A stretch of DNA of 64,000 bases, taken from NCBI GenBank assembly GCA_028819435.1, contig JAPPLK010000073.1:3323-67322 (forward strand), written 5' to 3'. This DNA is from Nitrospira sp. (GTDB lineage Bacteria > Nitrospirota > Nitrospiria > Nitrospirales > UBA8639). Both the position numbers and the translations under genes were made by a program. A model generated the notes under the pieces. The model saw only the letters and a program-made list of their open reading frames with translations, had not been told where the DNA came from and made no database searches. Below, piece by piece: positions 55,690-64,000 of this stretch (position 1 is the stretch's first letter; each line of letters starts with the position of its first letter).

Positions 55690-58350
55690 TTAGCGGCCGG
55701 GCCTCGTACCCCACCGCTCGAATTCGGCCAGGAGCGCCGGAAGGATCACCAGGGCGCAGACCAGGACCAGGATCAGCACCACCACCAGCAGGATACCCAG
55801 GCTGGCCATGCCCGGATGGGGCGAGAACCCGAGCGCGCCGAAGGACGCCATCGTGGTCAGGGCGCTGAAGAGCACGGCTTGGGACGTGCTGCTCCGCAGG
55901 ACCCGGACGATGGAACCCGATCCGGCTTCCCGTCTCCGCAGGATCAGGTAGATGCCGAAAGCGATCCCCAGCCCGAGCACCAGGGGCAGAGCGACCACGT
56001 TGGCCAGGTTCAGGGGAACGTCCAGCACCAGGCACGTCGCCACCGTGAACAGCAGCGTCAGGAGCAGCGGCAAAAGGACGAAAAGGGTTTCGCCCAGGCG
56101 TCGCAAGACCACGAACAGCAGCAGGGTGGACAGCGCGACGGCCAGGACGGTCGCTTGCACGCAGGCGTCGATGACGGTTTGTCCGCCTTCCAGAATGCTC
56201 ACGGGCGACCCGATCGCCCCGGGCGCGTGTTGCCGTACGCTGGTCACGAACCGGCGGAGCGCCAGGTTTCCCTCAACGTTCTCGGCGGGAAAGACTTCCA
56301 CCCTGGTCCGGCCGTCTTGCGCGGAATAGTGACTCGTCAGACTTCGCGGCAACGTCGCCAGCGTGATCTCATCCGGCGCCAGCAGGTTTCGCAATCGTTC
56401 GAGCCACTGCGGGAAGTCGCCCAGCAGCCGCGCGCGGAGGTCAGGGACGAAGCGGGCCGATCCGCGCGCATCGTCCAACAGGCCGTCAATCTCCTGCCTG
56501 AGGGTCTTCAGGTTCCGGGCCAGTTCATCCTGCCGGGTTGCAGGTGACTGCGCGTCAAGGACGGCGCGAAACTCCTTCATGGCCCGTACTTCTTCGTCGT
56601 CACTGGGCATCTCGACGGCAACCTGCGGAATGAGGACGGGCTCCAGCACCAGCGCCATCTCGTCGATGATGGCCAACTTTTCTTCCTGGTCGCCGGGCAC
56701 GAAACTGGACAGCGTGAGGACCCGGTTGACTTCCGGCACCGTCCGGATTCGATCCGCCAAGGCATCGGCGGCAGGGAGATTCTCAGCCAACACCTGGATG
56801 ACGTAGGGCGAGGTGTCTGGGTCTTCCAGTAATTCCTGAAAGGTGGATACGCTTTCGGTGGACGGATCCCGAAGGTGCAAGGCGTTGAAATCGAATGGCA
56901 ACCGCGGCACCGCGGTGGCCGCGACGATCACCATGGGGATCAGGAGTCCGAGGATCACCCGCCGATAGCGGATGACCACGCCCGGCGCCGGATCTTCCCC
57001 GTGACGTTCTGACGTGGTGGCCGCGGAATTCGGCGCGCGGGACCGGCTAATCGGAAACACGGTCAGGAATGCCGGGAAAAACGTCAGGTTGGCAAAGAGG
57101 GCGATAAACATGCCGACCCCGGCAATGAGCCCCATTTCCGCAAACCCTCGATACGACGTGGGAAGGAAGGAGAAAAAACTCAGGGCCGCGGCAACCGCCG
57201 CGAGCGTCAAGGGTCCACCGACCCCGGCGACCGCACGCCGTAAAGCCGTCTCATGATCGCCGACTCGCGCAAATTCTTCACGATACCGCAGCCCGAACTG
57301 GATCCCGAAATCCACACCGAGCCCGATGAACAACACCGGCACGGACGCGGTAATGAAGTTCAGCGAACCAATGGCCGTCACCACGAAGAAAGCCGTCCAC
57401 AAAAGGCCCACCAGGAGCGCGCACAGCATCGCTCCTACGAGCCGCAGGGAGCGGAACCCGGCAATCAACACGAACGACACCAGGCACAGCGACACTCCAG
57501 CAGCCAAGCCGGCGCCGCGGGCAACCGTTTCCCGCTCTTCGGCTTCGATCGGGATAGGACCCGTCAGCCGGATACGCACGCCGAACCGTTGTTCAAGCAC
57601 GGTCCCGTGCCGGTGCAGGAAGTCCAGCGGGCCCTCGGCCGCCTCCAGACTCGAATAGTCCAGCCGTGATTTCGCCAACAGGAACCCGCGCGACGGATCG
57701 CCTTTACCCGTCACGTCTTCGAGCATGGTCTGCTTCCAGGACGAGGTTGGAGACGCCCCGAGACGTTGCGCTTCGATGGCCTCGCTCAAGAGGGCAAACG
57801 CATCGCTCAAGACCTTCTGCTGCTCGGGCGTGGGATTCTCTTCCAAGGCCATGGTGAGGATGGAAAAGAACCCGCGCAGGCTGGGATCCTGTACGAGCGT
57901 CCCCAGGAACGGAGACCATTCAGCAAGACGTTCGTCCAAGCGCCAGAGTTCCTCCACGTCGAAATACAGCAGGCCGTACTTGTCGAAAAATTCGTCCTGT
58001 TGAGGTTGATACACCGATTCGAACAATGAAGGGCGTTGTTCCAGAAGCCCGGCCAATTCATGAACCGCATCGCGCCTGTGCTCCGCGGAACCCTGGTCCA
58101 CGACGATCAGGATCAGGTCGTCGAGTTGCGGAAACGCGGAGTAGAAGTCCCGTTGCAATTCCCTGAAGGGCAGGTTCGGATCCAATAAATGGACGGGGTC
58201 CGTATCAAGTTTCAGGTTCTTCGCGGTATACACGGCGGACAGGCCCGTGGCGGCGAGGACTCCGATCACGACCCACGTGGCCGCCCGCCGGCAGGCATCC
58301 ACCAACCGGACCAGGAAAGCCTGGTACCCGTGGCCTATCCGATCAAGCAT
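55690..58350 (-). CDS. RND-superfamily MMPL/HpnN-like lipid exporter
   Basis: 886 aa arranged as two 6-TM bundles with large periplasmic loops. The N-terminus resembles HpnN-type 'hopanoid biosynthesis-associated RND transporter'. Confidence 0.8.
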   Translation of the reverse strand: MLDRIGHGYQAFLVRLVDACRRAATWVVIGVLAATGLSAVYTAKNLKLDTDPVHLLDPNLPFRELQRDFYSAFPQLDDLILIVVDQGSAEHRRDAVHELAGLLEQRPSLFESVYQPQQDEFFDKYGLLYFDVEELWRLDERLAEWSPFLGTLVQDPSLRGFFSILTMALEENPTPEQQKVLSDAFALLSEAIEAQRLGASPTSSWKQTMLEDVTGKGDPSRGFLLAKSRLDYSSLEAAEGPLDFLHRHGTVLEQRFGVRIRLTGPIPIEAEERETVARGAGLAAGVSLCLVSFVLIAGFRSLRLVGAMLCALLVGLLWTAFFVVTAIGSLNFITASVPVLFIGLGVDFGIQFGLRYREEFARVGDHETALRRAVAGVGGPLTLAAVAAALSFFSFLPTSYRGFAEMGLIAGVGMFIALFANLTFFPAFLTVFPISRSRAPNSAATTSERHGEDPAPGVVIRYRRVILGLLIPMVIVAATAVPRLPFDFNALHLRDPSTESVSTFQELLEDPDTSPYVIQVLAENLPAADALADRIRTVPEVNRVLTLSSFVPGDQEEKLAIIDEMALVLEPVLIPQVAVEMPSDDEEVRAMKEFRAVLDAQSPATRQDELARNLKTLRQEIDGLLDDARGSARFVPDLRARLLGDFPQWLERLRNLLAPDEITLATLPRSLTSHYSAQDGRTRVEVFPAENVEGNLALRRFVTSVRQHAPGAIGSPVSILEGGQTVIDACVQATVLAVALSTLLLFVVLRRLGETLFVLLPLLLTLLFTVATCLVLDVPLNLANVVALPLVLGLGIAFGIYLILRRREAGSGSIVRVLRSSTSQAVLFSALTTMASFGALGFSPHPGMASLGILLVVVLILVLVCALVILPALLAEFERWGTRPGR

Positions 58351-58386
58351 GCACGCTCACAACGGGAATGAATCCAAGGGGAATCG

Positions 58387-60762
58387 TTACAACCTCAATT
58401 GTCTGAGCCGTAACGCATTGGCGATGACCGACACCGAACTGAACGTCATGGCGATGCTGGCGATGATGGGGCTCAGGAGAAGCCCAAAGAATGGATAGAG
58501 AACACCCGCGGCAATGGGCACTCCCAGCGAATTATAAATAAACGCGAAGAAAAGGTTTTGCCGGATATTTTTCATCATGGCTTTGCTTAAGGTCCGGGCG
58601 CGAACCACGCCTCGCAGGTCGCCTTTCACCAGGGTCATATCCGCGCTTTCCATGGCCACGTCGGTACCCGTTCCCATGGCAATACCCACGTCGGCTTCGG
58701 CAAGAGCCGGGGCATCGTTGATGCCGTCTCCGGCCATGGCCACCACGTGTGTTTGCTTTTGCCATTGCTTGACCACCTGCTGTTTGTGTTCGGGAAGGAC
58801 CTCGGCCTGAACGTGTTGCAACCCGAGTTGCCGCCCCACGGCTTCGGCGGTCCGTCGATGATCGCCCGTGACCATGACGACGTTGAGACCTTCGCGTTTC
58901 AGGGCATCCACCGCCTCGGCCGTCGTGGTCTTGATCGGATCGATCACCCCGATCAAGCCGGCCGGCTGCGCATCCACCGTCACGAACACCACGGTTTGGC
59001 CTTCTTGCCGAAGAGCCTCGCCCTGCCGGTTGAGTTCAAGCAATTCTTTTGACGGCACACCCATATCCCGTTCCAGAAACAATCGATTTCCCAACGCCAC
59101 GATTTTGCCATCTACGGTGCCTTCCACCCCCTGCCCGGTTTGCGAACGAAATTCTCCCACTTCCCCAAGAGAAAGCTCTCGTTCCCGCGCACCGGCAACA
59201 ATGGCTGCCGCCAAAGGGTGTTCGCTGACTCGCTCGACGCTGGCCGCCAATTGGAGCAAGGCCGCCTCATTCCACCCTGACGCGGGAATGATCGACCGCA
59301 AGACGGGTTTCCCCTCCGTTAAGGTACCCGTCTTGTCCACCACCAACACGTTCACTTTTTCCAATCGTTCAAGGGCTTCAGCATTCTTAATGAGCACACC
59401 AGCGGTCGCGCCTCGTCCCATGCCGACCATGATCGACATGGGCGTGGCCAACCCGAGAGCACAGGGGCAGGCGATGATCAACACGGCCACGGCGTTGACC
59501 AGGGCATACGCCAGGCGAGGCTCCGGCCCGATACTCGCCCACGTGCCGAACGTAACGACCGCCCCCAACACCACGATCGGGACAAAATACCCGGCCACGA
59601 CGTCGGCCACCCGCTGGATGGGCGCATGACTGCGTTGCGCCTCGCTTACCATGCTGACGATCTGTGCCAGCATGGTTTTCTGGCCGACGCGCCTGGCTTC
59701 CATCAACACGGTGCCGGTTCCATTCATCGTGCCCCCGATCACCCAATCCCCCGGACGTTTTTCAACCGGAATAGCTTCGCCCGTGACCATGGATTCATCC
59801 ACCGAGGTCGAGCCTTCGAGAACCTCCCCATCGACGGCAATCTTTTCTCCGGGACGAACGCGGAGACGCTGACCGGCACAGACCCGGTCCAACGGAATCT
59901 CCTCTTCCCGGTTATCGTTCCATACGACTCTTGCCGTCTTGGGCACCAGCCCGAGAAGGGCTTTGAGCGCCCCCGTGGTTCGACGCCGTGCCCGAAGTTC
60001 CAAAACCTGGCCCAAGGCCACCAGGACGATGATGACTGCTGCGGCTTCGAAGTACACGGGGACGTCACCAGCCGGGTTGCGGAAGGCTTCCGGGAACAGG
60101 CCAGGCACAATCGTTGCCGCGACGCTCGAGAGATAGGCCGCTCCGGTGCCCATGGCGATGAGGGTAAACATGTTGAGACGGCGATTGACGATGGAGGCCC
60201 ACCCTCGCTGAAAGAACGGCCACCCCACCCAGCCTACCACTGGCGTGGCCAGGACGAACTGCAACCAATTGGACCATCGGGGAGCAAGGACGTCCTGCAA
60301 GGGCTGGCCGGGAATCACGTGGGCCATGGCCAGCACCAGCACGGGCAACGCCAGAATCAACCCGACCCAAAACCGGCGGGTCATGTCCACCAGTTCGGGA
60401 TTGGCCTCGTCGTCCACCGTCACCGTCCGCGGCTCAAGCGCCATACCACATGACGGGCAGGCTGCGGGCGTCTCCGACACCACGCCGGGACACATCGGGC
60501 AGATATAGTCGGTCCCCGGCGAGGCCGGCGCATCCTCCATGGCCTGCGTGTACTTGCCGCTCAAATACCCGTCCGGATCGCTCCGAAACCGTTCCTCGCA
60601 CCGGGGATGGCAGAAATAATACGTCGTTCCTTTGTGGTCATATGAACCCGCAGCTGACAGTGGATCCACCATCATTCCACACACCGGGTCTTGGACCTGG
60701 GGCACACTGGCCATCATGAGTTCGCGGCGTTTGGGCTTTTTCACGGATGGGTCGGGCGGCAT
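58387..60762 (-). CDS. copA: Copper-translocating P1B-type ATPase
   Basis: CPC in TM6 ([12 protein letters not shown]), [15 protein letters not shown]. The N-terminus carries Cys-rich YHS/TRASH-like and CPMCP...CPSCGM modules. A start at 60717 is also possible. Confidence 0.9.
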   Translation of the reverse strand: MPPDPSVKKPKRRELMMASVPQVQDPVCGMMVDPLSAAGSYDHKGTTYYFCHPRCEERFRSDPDGYLSGKYTQAMEDAPASPGTDYICPMCPGVVSETPAACPSCGMALEPRTVTVDDEANPELVDMTRRFWVGLILALPVLVLAMAHVIPGQPLQDVLAPRWSNWLQFVLATPVVGWVGWPFFQRGWASIVNRRLNMFTLIAMGTGAAYLSSVAATIVPGLFPEAFRNPAGDVPVYFEAAAVIIVLVALGQVLELRARRRTTGALKALLGLVPKTARVVWNDNREEEIPLDRVCAGQRLRVRPGEKIAVDGEVLEGSTSVDESMVTGEAIPVEKRPGDWVIGGTMNGTGTVLMEARRVGQKTMLAQIVSMVSEAQRSHAPIQRVADVVAGYFVPIVVLGAVVTFGTWASIGPEPRLAYALVNAVAVLIIACPCALGLATPMSIMVGMGRGATAGVLIKNAEALERLEKVNVLVVDKTGTLTEGKPVLRSIIPASGWNEAALLQLAASVERVSEHPLAAAIVAGARERELSLGEVGEFRSQTGQGVEGTVDGKIVALGNRLFLERDMGVPSKELLELNRQGEALRQEGQTVVFVTVDAQPAGLIGVIDPIKTTTAEAVDALKREGLNVVMVTGDHRRTAEAVGRQLGLQHVQAEVLPEHKQQVVKQWQKQTHVVAMAGDGINDAPALAEADVGIAMGTGTDVAMESADMTLVKGDLRGVVRARTLSKAMMKNIRQNLFFAFIYNSLGVPIAAGVLYPFFGLLLSPIIASIAMTFSSVSVIANALRLRQLRL

Positions 60763-60929
60763 TGCGATGGTCCCCTCTGAACGGATAGATCGCCCTTGAG
60801 AGCCTTATAATACGATCATACCTGTTCCCGAAATTTTTCTCAGCTTCAAAATCAAAGAACGGAGGGCAGGCTCAGGGGCCTGCCTCTACAAATACGGGAT
60901 CTTTCCTTGGCCGTAGGGGACAGCCGGAG

Positions 60930-60967
60930 CCTGTCCTGAGCGAAGTCGAAGGAAGCGAAGCCGAAGG
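60930..60967. repeat. REP unit cctgtcctgagcgaagtcgaaggaagcgaagccgaagg
   Basis: Same family as the unit at 8784. Confidence 0.7.
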
Positions 60968-61121
60968 TTGCCGCCCCGAACGAATGGTGCCACGACACCA
61001 AAGAGAGGACTTTTCGTACCAATCCCCCATTTTTTGATGTTGGCAAATCCGCTGTTTAGCCGTAGAATAATGATATTCCGACTGAACGCAGGAACGATGG
61101 TCACCCAAAAAGGAGCCGTCC

Positions 61122-61727
61122 ATGAAACGATTTTTCCAGCTCAGCTTGATGACCTGTTTGACCGCCTTTGCGTTGTTGATCCTGACGATCATAGCCTGTA
61201 ATCCCGGCTATGCAGCCGAGACCGCCACCGGGGGCGCTGCCATGGCGCCCGTGTATGGTTTCACGTTGAATGACATTGACGGGAATCCCCTGGCCCTGAA
61301 CACTTTTACGGGGAAAGTCCTGCTCCTGGTCAATACCGCCAGTATGTGCGGCAATACGCCTCAATACGAAGGCTTGCAGACTTTGTATGAACAGTATCGG
61401 GAACAGGGGCTGGAAATCCTGGCATTTCCGGCCAACAATTTCGGGAAACAGGAGCCCGGCACGAACGAAGAAATCAAATCCTTCTGCTACACCAAATACG
61501 CGTTGGAATTTCCCTTGTTCAGCAAAATCAGCGTCAAGGGAGAGGACATGCATCCCCTCTATCACTACCTGACCGCGCAAAGCCCGTTCCCCGGCGAGAT
61601 CGAGTGGAACTTTCAGAAATTTCTGGTGAATCGGCAAGGAGAGGTGATTGCCCGTTATCGACCGGGGTTGAAACCACTGTCAGCCCAAATCGTTCAGGAC
61701 ATTGAACAGGCACTCGACAAGAGTTGA
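61122..61727 (+). CDS. gpx: Glutathione peroxidase (Cys-type) with signal peptide
   Basis: LLVNTASMCGNTPQYEGL...AFPANNFGKQEPG...WNFQKFLV signature. Confidence 0.9.
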   Translation: MKRFFQLSLMTCLTAFALLILTIIACNPGYAAETATGGAAMAPVYGFTLNDIDGNPLALNTFTGKVLLLVNTASMCGNTPQYEGLQTLYEQYREQGLEILAFPANNFGKQEPGTNEEIKSFCYTKYALEFPLFSKISVKGEDMHPLYHYLTAQSPFPGEIEWNFQKFLVNRQGEVIARYRPGLKPLSAQIVQDIEQALDKS

Positions 61728-61869
61728 GGAACCTCTGATTTATTGTGATAGCGGGATGCAGGGCAAGGCGTCCCGGAGCGAAACCTGAGGCTTATCATAG
61801 AGATAGGTGAAGGTTGAGCGAGGACACAACGCAGCCATGCGCCCGATAGTGCAGTAAATCAGAGGTTCC
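61728..61869. mobile_element. 142-bp MITE-like element: perfect 15-bp terminal inverted repeats flanked by a TTGA direct duplication
   Basis: The left end ggaacctctgattta (61728-61742) is the exact reverse complement of the right end taaatcagaggttcc (61855-61869). ttga occurs at 61724-61727 and again at 61870-61873. The element has no coding capacity and fills the gap between convergent genes. Confidence 0.45.
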
Positions 61870-61879
61870 TTGAAAGAAA

Positions 61880-62218
61880 TCAGACTTCAAACTCCACGAC
61901 CATTTCCTGTTCGATCATCCAATCCTGAAGCCTCAGGCCGAGCCCGTCCAGGCTACCTCCCGTGACTTGCCGGTAGTAAAACTCGACGAGCCCCTGAAAT
62001 ACCTGAAGGTTCAACGGCCCGTCGTAGCCCCGCGGGGACGTGACGCAGAGCGCCGCGTCCCCTTGCCTGTTCACCTGCACGTCCGCGTACACGTCAACAA
62101 ATTCCCGTCCCTCGATATTCAGGTCAAAGAAGATTCGTGAACCGACCCGTTTCTCGTCACTCCCGGCTTCAGGAGTATTCACGAGACACCGTCGAAACGT
62201 CACCGTCGCGACAGCCAT
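61880..62218 (-). CDS. Hypothetical protein (112 aa), last gene of the hicBA-NT5C operon
   Basis: The ATG at 62218 lies downstream of the NT5C stop; the longer ORF to 62305 would overlap it. No family recognised. Confidence 0.5.
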   Translation of the reverse strand: MAVATVTFRRCLVNTPEAGSDEKRVGSRIFFDLNIEGREFVDVYADVQVNRQGDAALCVTSPRGYDGPLNLQVFQGLVEFYYRQVTGGSLDGLGLRLQDWMIEQEMVVEFEV

Positions 62219-62258
62219 GAGAGAATCCCCGCAAATTCGAGCGAAGGATGCGGCGGGT

Positions 62259-62819
62259 TCATGAGGGTGGCATCGAACGCACGCTGAGTACCCGCCATAA
62301 CTCATCCCAGCCGGACACCCTGGTTATGCCAGGCGGTGAAAACGTTCGGTTCCAGGGTTGATCCATGAGAAAGACGCGGACGCCCTGCTCCAGATAATCA
62401 CTCACGTGCTCGGGATGATCGTCCACGGCCAGGACAATGCCTTCCGCCACTTCCGGCTTGTCCTTCGCGTGGTGGAGTTCATCGAATGGAATGCCGTGTT
62501 CCGCCAACCAGGCCAGGGTTTGCGGGCGAGCCGTGGGGCGCCGTGCCGTGATCAGGACGATACGGTAATCTTCCTGAAGTTGTCGCAGCACCCGTCGCGC
62601 CCCGGGAACTAATGGAAGCATTGGTATGCTGCGTTCATGAAAATAATCGAAAATCCGTTCGATCAGGTCCGGGGCCAGATTACTCGTATCAAGCCCGCCG
62701 GCACTGGCGTAGGTCTCGGCAGGCCACGACTTGCCGGTCAATTCATGAAAAATACGTTGAACTTCCCGTTCTGCCTGTGCCACGACGTTATCAATATCAA
62801 CGGCAAACCCCGGTCGCAT
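62259..62819 (-). CDS. HAD-superfamily 5'(3')-deoxyribonucleotidase-like protein (NT5C family)
   Basis: N-terminal DxD nucleophile motif (AVDIDNV), ITAR, and C-terminal DD (AVDDHPEH). 186 aa. Confidence 0.7.
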   Translation of the reverse strand: MRPGFAVDIDNVVAQAEREVQRIFHELTGKSWPAETYASAGGLDTSNLAPDLIERIFDYFHERSIPMLPLVPGARRVLRQLQEDYRIVLITARRPTARPQTLAWLAEHGIPFDELHHAKDKPEVAEGIVLAVDDHPEHVSDYLEQGVRVFLMDQPWNRTFSPPGITRVSGWDELWRVLSVRSMPPS

Positions 62820-62820
62820 A

Positions 62821-63018
62821 TCAGATCTTCTTCAAGCTTCCGGCATCTTTCAGGATGCCGTTTGCCGTATGGCGGCTCTTCAGGTTACGTGGAACCAGCA
62901 AAATTTTGCCGTTTCCCGGACGTCTCCATTTTTCGTGTGAGCCTTTTGCGTTTTTCCAATACTCAAATCCGAGTTTTGAAATTTCCTGAGTGACCGTGTT
63001 GTAGAAATCTCCTGCCAA
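62821..63018 (-). CDS. hicA: HicA-family mRNA interferase toxin
   Basis: 65 aa with KLGFEYWKNAKGSHEKWRRPGNGKILLVPRN...GILKD, a typical HicA/YcfA pattern. Confidence 0.85.
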   Translation of the reverse strand: MAGDFYNTVTQEISKLGFEYWKNAKGSHEKWRRPGNGKILLVPRNLKSRHTANGILKDAGSLKKI

Positions 63019-63019
63019 A

Positions 63020-63271
63020 TTATACAGCCGCCTTTTCTGTCTCCGGACGCTGCCACAGAATGGCCGGTATCAAATCCTTGAAAGAATGCTCGGCAATCTC
63101 GGGGGCACTCCGATGATTGGCTATAATCAATTCAGGTGCGACATCCATCATGATTTCTTCAAATTCATCAAGGTTGGCCGCCTCGATATGCAAGCCTTCG
63201 ATATCGCTTTGAGAATAGAAGACCTTTGCTTCGGCATCCCACACGGCTTTCACTCTAAAGGTACGCTTCAT
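63020..63271 (-). CDS. hicB: HicB-like antitoxin (DUF1902-type N-domain only)
   Basis: 83 aa (FRVKAVWDAEAKVFYSQSDIEGLHIEAANLDEFEEIM). Its stop lies 1 nt before the hicA ATG. Confidence 0.75.
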   Translation of the reverse strand: MKRTFRVKAVWDAEAKVFYSQSDIEGLHIEAANLDEFEEIMMDVAPELIIANHRSAPEIAEHSFKDLIPAILWQRPETEKAAV

Positions 63272-63340
63272 CCCATCCTCCCCTACTTTCAGTCTTTAAA
63301 ACGAAGATAGCAAACCATACTATGTATAACACGGAAGTGT

Positions 63341-64000
63341 CTATTCTCTGATCCGGAGCGTGCGGAGGCGGTTGAAGGCCGCGGCGATTTCGAAGGCGCG
63401 AGGCCGGGCGAAATTGCCGGGGTGTCGTTCTCCTTGGTGATAGGGATCGAGTCCGTCCAAACCGGCGTCGTCAAAGAGTTCGACCAGACCTTGGACGACC
63501 GCCTGCAAGCCCCCCTTCATCGAACGGCGGGGCGCGAGATGCAGTGCATACCCTACCGCCCGGGACTGACTGACGTCCACGAGTTGTTCTACGCCGCTCA
63601 CGTCAATCACTTCATGCCCAAAGGCAATGGCATCCACGGACTTGGCATCAATTTTTGCGTCACGGTTCCCACGGGACGGATCGAGGCTCTCCCATACGGG
63701 AATCCTGGACGCGACCTCGGCCAAGGGCGACGTGGTTTCGATGGCCCGTTGGGTCCGGAAATCTTGGGCAATTCGTTTCGCGTCCTCCGTCACGTCGAGC
63801 GGCTGATAGTCCTGCATCGCAATTACCGTGTCAGCCACGTCGAAATAATCGCCACAGCCCCCCATCACCAGGACCGTGGACACCCCGTGCCGTTCATACA
63901 ATTCACGAACGCGGTCCACGAACGGCGTGATAGGCTCGTGCTCTTTGTGAACCAATGCCTGCATACGGGCGTCCCTCACCATGAAATTCGTCGCGGAGGT
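63341..64000 (-). CDS. C-terminal part of a 'predicted ATPase of the ABC class' (PF09818-like); the gene continues beyond the window
   Basis: ...HGVSTVLVMGGCGDYFDVADTVIAMQDYQPLDVT... is typical of that family's C-terminal half. The frame remains open to the window edge. Confidence 0.65.
   Translation of the reverse strand, partial: TSATNFMVRDARMQALVHKEHEPITPFVDRVRELYERHGVSTVLVMGGCGDYFDVADTVIAMQDYQPLDVTEDAKRIAQDFRTQRAIETTSPLAEVASRIPVWESLDPSRGNRDAKIDAKSVDAIAFGHEVIDVSGVEQLVDVSQSRAVGYALHLAPRRSMKGGLQAVVQGLVELFDDAGLDGLDPYHQGERHPGNFARPRAFEIAAAFNRLRTLRIRE

Noticed and set aside
61728-61869. Retron msr/msd, riboswitch or other known ncRNA as the explanation for the long inverted repeat
   Set aside because: No reverse transcriptase lies nearby. 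The element sits in a 3' position relative to both flanking genes, so it is not a leader. I could match no conserved riboswitch core (TPP, cobalamin, SAM, glycine, c-di-GMP) by eye. The TIR + TSD structure fits a MITE better, although a structured RNA is not excluded.

Overview
GC-rich bacterial chromosomal segment. The gene content and the many palindromic intergenic repeat families (units that translate as 'PVLSEAEG', 'AGIQ' or 'VGAGPCACP') resemble Nitrospira-like (Nitrospirota) genomes, but that taxon call is low confidence. All family assignments were made by eye from motifs and remembered homologues; no search was run.

Contents: about 60 protein genes, one tRNA-Leu(CAA), no rRNA and no CRISPR.

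Core blocks:
- Class I fumarase and an RRM RNA-binding protein.
- A Met/His-rich outer-membrane barrel cluster, a possible Cu-handling module.
- A DUF547 / GT2 / membrane GT / TVP38 / flavoprotein-disulfide-reductase cluster.
- Bacterioferritin.
- A 1224-aa YyaL-thioredoxin-like::aldo-keto-reductase fusion.
- A 16-kb co-directional minus-strand array: ccsA-like, hemA, hemC, CBS, cobA/hemD, CBS, hemB, ribF, tilS, ftsH, folP, glmM, comEC.
- rsmI, a tusA-like gene, yggX and yqgE.
- MlaC/MlaA plus an HpnN-like RND transporter, a CopA P-type ATPase and glutathione peroxidase.

Accessory content of most interest:
1. A TA/defence island at about 40.15-47.5 kb. It holds two divergent 'membrane protein + polyproline microprotein' modules, decayed TA relics, an intact mazEF-like pair, a PIN two-gene module and a frameshifted type IIG/ISP-like restriction-methylase.
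2. A two-gene phosphonate cassette bracketed by REP repeats: a PEP mutase::nucleotidyltransferase fusion plus an aldo-keto reductase, with no ppd in the window. It is preceded by an 86% A+T stretch containing a perfect 16-bp inverted repeat.
3. A CBS gene inserted into the hemC/cobA junction and flanked by an ~80-bp direct repeat.
4. A 142-bp MITE-like element with 15-bp terminal inverted repeats and a TTGA duplication.
5. A tightly packed hicB-hicA-NT5C-hypothetical operon.
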